Positions 57,801 through 64,000 of a stretch of DNA of 64,000 nucleotides are shown here, piece after piece. Position numbers and translations under genes: made by a program. The notes below the pieces were generated by a model. That model made no database searches. It saw only the letters and a program-made list of their open reading frames with translations, and was not told where the DNA came from. The stretch spans positions 384,001 to 448,000 of the forward strand of contig OZ243913.1 of assembly GCA_965213705.1 (NCBI GenBank), in the 5' to 3' direction. How positions within the stretch are numbered: position 1 is the first letter of the stretch; every line of letters begins with the position of its first letter. Source of the stretch: Trueperaceae bacterium (GTDB taxonomy: Bacteria; Deinococcota; Deinococci; Deinococcales; Trueperaceae).

Positions 57801-59141
57801 ATGAGCATGGGCAGGCAAGAAAGCGCGATCTGGGAAGACATCATGGGCTACGTCAAGGAGCACATTCCCGACGTCGAATTCCGAACCTGGTTCAAACAGG
57901 TGCGCCCGCTGGGGATAGACGAGGGAACCTTCACTATCGGTGTGCCGCACTCGTTCGCGAGGGACTGGCTCAAAGACCACTACGGCGACTTGATAGAACA
58001 AGCTCTCAAAGACCTGGGCGCGTCTTCGCCCAGGGTGGGCTTTAAAGTCGTGGCGTTTCCAAAAACAGAACAGCAAGACATGTTCACTTCGGCGACACCC
58101 GCCGAAGAAGCGCCGCGCAAGGCGACGGCGCGGCTGAACCCGAAGTACATTTTCTCAAACTTTGTCGTCGGGCCGAACAACAACCTCGCCCACGCCGCTT
58201 CTTTGGCGGTCGCCGAGGCCCCGGGTCGCGCCTACAACCCGCTTTTTTTGTACGGCGAAGCCGGGTTGGGCAAAACCCACCTTATGCACGCCGTCGGACA
58301 CGCGGTTTCCGAAAAATATCCGAGTTTGCAGGTCGAGTACGTGACGACCGAAGCCTTTACCAACGACCTCATCAACGCCATCCGAGAAGACCGCATGGCG
58401 CTGTTCAGGGACCGCTACCGCTCCATCGACCTGTTGCTCATCGACGACGTACAGTTTATCGCCGGCAAAGAGCGTACTCAAGAAGAGTTTTTTCATACTT
58501 TCAACTCGCTGTACGAGTCCGGCAAACAGATTATCTTGTCGTCCGACCGGCCGCCCAAGGACATCCCGACGCTCGACAACCGCATTCGCAGCCGCTTCGA
58601 GTGGGGCCTCATCACCGACGTGCATCCGCCCGAGTTGGAGACGCGCATCGCCATCCTGAAAATGAACGCCGAGTACCGCGGCGTGCGCATTCCGGGCGAG
58701 GTGTTCGACTTTATCGCCAGGCAGGTCACGTCGAACATTCGGGAGTTGGAGGGTGCCTTGATGCGCGTCATCGTCTACGCGAGTATGAACCAGTCCGACA
58801 TCACCCGGCAGACGGCGGCGCGGGCGCTGTCGGACGTGTTTACCCAGAGCGAACTCAACCTGACGATGGACGATATTTTACGGGTCACCTCACGCCACTA
58901 CGAAACCGACCAGCAGGACTTAAAGTCCAAAGGCAGACGCCACGAACTCGTGGTACCTAGGCAAGTCGCCATGTACCTCATCCGCGAACTCACGCCCCAC
59001 TCTTATCCAGAAATCGGCCAGTTTTTTTCGGGCCGTGACCACTCCACTGTGATGTACGCCGTCCAAAAAGTGACTGAACAGCTCGAGCAAGACAGTGAAC
59101 TAGAGGTGCGAGTAAGAGACATAAAGGAAGAACTCATCTAG
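57801..59141 (+). CDS. dnaA: Chromosomal replication initiator DnaA
   Basis: [30 protein letters not shown] and GRDHSTV motifs. Alternative start GTG 57780. Confidence 0.98.
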   Translation: MSMGRQESAIWEDIMGYVKEHIPDVEFRTWFKQVRPLGIDEGTFTIGVPHSFARDWLKDHYGDLIEQALKDLGASSPRVGFKVVAFPKTEQQDMFTSATPAEEAPRKATARLNPKYIFSNFVVGPNNNLAHAASLAVAEAPGRAYNPLFLYGEAGLGKTHLMHAVGHAVSEKYPSLQVEYVTTEAFTNDLINAIREDRMALFRDRYRSIDLLLIDDVQFIAGKERTQEEFFHTFNSLYESGKQIILSSDRPPKDIPTLDNRIRSRFEWGLITDVHPPELETRIAILKMNAEYRGVRIPGEVFDFIARQVTSNIRELEGALMRVIVYASMNQSDITRQTAARALSDVFTQSELNLTMDDILRVTSRHYETDQQDLKSKGRRHELVVPRQVAMYLIRELTPHSYPEIGQFFSGRDHSTVMYAVQKVTEQLEQDSELEVRVRDIKEELI

Positions 59142-59481
59142 TATGGCCTCCCTTTTTACCTTAATAAAAGAGCCTTTCCACTCACAATCCCTCATAAAAG
59201 GGGTCTTTTGCTTGTGGATAACTCTGTGGATAACTTGTGGATAACTTGTGGATAAGCTGCGGATAACTTGGACTTTTTGGGTGCCTGTGGATAGCTGTGG
59301 ATAACTCGAGGGGTTATCCACAGGCAAGGGCGAGTTATCCACAAAATTATCCACAGGCTGTTTACCCTCCTGGACGGCCCAAACCAGGGTTATCCACACT
59401 ATCCACAGGCCCTACTATAGATAGGTTTCTCAAATTAAAAGTTTAGATAACAGTCAACCTCTAAAGAAGGGATTCTCATAA
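59142..59481. other. oriC: Replication origin oriC
   Basis: 12 DnaA boxes. Reverse TGTGGATAA at 59213, 59225, 59236, 59247, 59258*, 59286*, 59296. Forward TTATCCACA at 59314, 59335, 59347, 59390, 59399*. (* = 1 mismatch.) An AT-rich tract precedes dnaN. Confidence 0.97.
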
Positions 59482-60567
59482 ATGAAGGTCCATGTACCCA
59501 GAAAAAACTTAGCCGACAGCTTGAGTCATGTCGAACGCATCATCCCAAACCGGAGCAGCAACCCCGGACTAAGTTTGATGCGCATTGCAATCGCTGAAAA
59601 AACCATGACCCTGAGCGGCAGCAACCTAGACATCGACATCGAAGCGAAGATGGGCGCCGACACAACTGAAAAAGGCCACTTCGCCCTACCGGCTCAGGTG
59701 TTTGCGCAAGTGGTCAGGGCGTTGCCCGGCGAACTGGTAGAGCTGGAATTCAAAGAAAACGAGGTCGATATTTCTTCGGGCAGTTACGCGACGAAGTTGC
59801 AACTTGCCGAAGCGGGCAACGCGGTCAGTTTGGAGTTCCCCGATAGTTACCAGGGTTCGCTCGCCGCCTCCGAACTGGCGACCGCGCTCGGTCACGCCCG
59901 CTACGCCGCGGCGGTGGCCGAATACCAGGCGATTTTCAGGGGAGTCAAGCTGGAATTCTCCGACCGCAAAACGCGGGCGGTGGCGACTGACGGGTTTCGC
60001 TTGGCTTACTACAACTTGGAACAAGCGAGCGGCTTGGAGGGCGAGGCGGTGCTGCCCGCGCGCAGTGTCGACGAACTCACCAAATTGCTCGGTGACGGGG
60101 AAGCGCACCTCGCCCTAGCGGACGGGCAACTCTCGGTTGCCAACGGCGGCATCCGCACCAACCTCAAACTGATGGAAGGAACGTTCCCCGACTACGAGCG
60201 CGTGATTCCGGCCACGTTTCCGGTCAGCATCAGTTTAGAGGCGCAAGCCCTGGCCGAAGCGGTGTCGCGCGTGGCCGTGATGGCCGACAAGACGGCCAAC
60301 AACCGGGTCGACCTGTTTATCAAGGGTGGCACCCTCCAAATCACCGCCGAGGGGGGTTACGGGCGCTCTCGAGAGGCGCTACAAGTCTCCCAAGAGGGCA
60401 CCGACCCCGAAATCGTCCTGGCTTACAACGCCAAGTACTTGGGCGACGCGCTGGCACCGGTAACGGGCGAGGTGCGCTTGTCGTTTTCGGGCACGACTAC
60501 CCCGAGCGTGATGTCGAGTTTGAAAGACCCCAACTACCTGGCGATGATCGTGCCGTTGCGGTTGTGA
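59482..60567 (+). CDS. dnaN: DNA polymerase III beta clamp
   Basis: VATDGFRLA, GTFPDYERVIP, YNAKYL and a C-terminal VPLRL. Confidence 0.97.
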   Translation: MKVHVPRKNLADSLSHVERIIPNRSSNPGLSLMRIAIAEKTMTLSGSNLDIDIEAKMGADTTEKGHFALPAQVFAQVVRALPGELVELEFKENEVDISSGSYATKLQLAEAGNAVSLEFPDSYQGSLAASELATALGHARYAAAVAEYQAIFRGVKLEFSDRKTRAVATDGFRLAYYNLEQASGLEGEAVLPARSVDELTKLLGDGEAHLALADGQLSVANGGIRTNLKLMEGTFPDYERVIPATFPVSISLEAQALAEAVSRVAVMADKTANNRVDLFIKGGTLQITAEGGYGRSREALQVSQEGTDPEIVLAYNAKYLGDALAPVTGEVRLSFSGTTTPSVMSSLKDPNYLAMIVPLRL

Positions 60568-60618
60568 GACACGGTTGTCACACACGGTTGTGAGGCGGAC
60601 TGCTGTGAGGCGGACTGC
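60559..60618. repeat. Short tandem repeats at the dnaN 3' end (13-bp x about 3, then 15-bp x2)
   Basis: CGGTTGTGAGACA / CGGTTGTCACACA / CGGTTGTGAG, then TGTGAGGCGGACTGC x2 (60589-60618). Confidence 0.8.
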
Positions 60619-60798
60619 AGGGCTCGAGCGAGCCTGCTTGACTCGCAGTATTGTCAACCGGTTTTTTCATCGGTGGTCAAAACTCGATTACCATTCACAC
60701 AAAGAGGGCTCCCTTTTGGTTTCTTTGCACTTTGCTTAAGGTCGTAGGGTAGAGTGACGGCTGAACGGACTGAACGCAGGACACGAGCATTCGCTTAG

Positions 60799-63509
<2,711 letters not shown>

Positions 63510-63631
63510 TTAGAGTCCGCAGTCGGCTTTGGAAGCCGAAAGGGTGCAAGCTCGTAAGGTTTGCAACTTCCCCGAAGATAGACGGGTTTTCAAGCTGTCG
63601 AGGCTGGTACTCAGCTCGAGCCCACCGAACG

Positions 63632-64000
63632 CTACTCGTAGGACTCAACGGTTACACCCGTCGCCTTGTCAAACACGTGGCAGCTCGAGAAGTAGAACCT
63701 CAGCCGCTCCGGTAGCACTCGGTCAGGGTGTACAACGGCGGCGTGAAACGGCGCATCTCCGACCCGGCCGCTCAGCAGCGTGACGGGTTTGGTCGGCAGG
63801 TCGAGGCGTTCGGTCACGGTCGCTTCAACGCTGAACTCAGGACCGGGCTCGAGGCTCAAGTCTTCGGGCCGCACGCCCACAAGTTTGCCGCTGAGTCCCC
63901 TGCCGAGCGCGCCACCGACAAGTTCGCCGTCCAGCACGTTCAGCGCCGGGGTGAGCGGCTCGGGGTTTAGAAAGTTGGCGACGAACAAATTCCTGGGCAG
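63632..64000 (-). CDS. ABC transporter ATP-binding protein (MalK-like), 3' part only
   Basis: PRNLFVANFL, GVRPEDL (TOBE domain) and HVFD..TG. The start lies beyond the window. Confidence 0.75.
   Translation of the reverse strand: MPRNLFVANFLNPEPLTPALNVLDGELVGGALGRGLSGKLVGVRPEDLSLEPGPEFSVEATVTERLDLPTKPVTLLSGRVGDAPFHAAVVHPDRVLPERLRFYFSSCHVFDKATGVTVESYE

Noticed and set aside
59213..59266. Tandem TGTGGATAACT repeats as a CRISPR array or satellite
   Set aside because: They are DnaA boxes between dnaA and dnaN, with no spacers and no cas genes.

Overview
GC-rich chromosomal window from a Deinococcota bacterium, probably Trueperaceae-like. The assignment rests on Nqo15, an SLH plus beta-barrel SlpA and many leaderless genes. 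The right end holds the replication-origin region: mdh-parB-parA-rsmG-mnmG (- strand), then dnaA-oriC-dnaN-eno-pyk (+ strand), with 12 DnaA boxes and two perfect parS sites. The rest is housekeeping and accessory genes: uvrD/pcrA, P450, split MnmC, slpA, rlmH, argR, coaBC, rpoZ, iolG/iolB, SDRs and dnaJ. It also carries one intact IS5-family element, an arsR-DUF6428-arsK-like-arsN1 operon, an aeRF1-like (baeRF) protein, a TMEM2/CEMIP-like G8-PA14 lipoprotein and a DUF4097/DUF2089 operon. The most notable signals are: (i) strong over-representation of the palindrome CTCGAG in all frames and intergenically (HIP1-like), with one copy where the oriC DnaA-box arrays change orientation; (ii) an apparent double-toxin deletion scar that kept two antitoxin/immunity genes; (iii) a perfect-SD uORF in the slpA leader; (iv) CarH-like 11-bp repeats upstream of a fasciclin gene. 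No rRNA, tRNA or CRISPR array was seen. All family calls come from motif recognition by eye, not from database searches.
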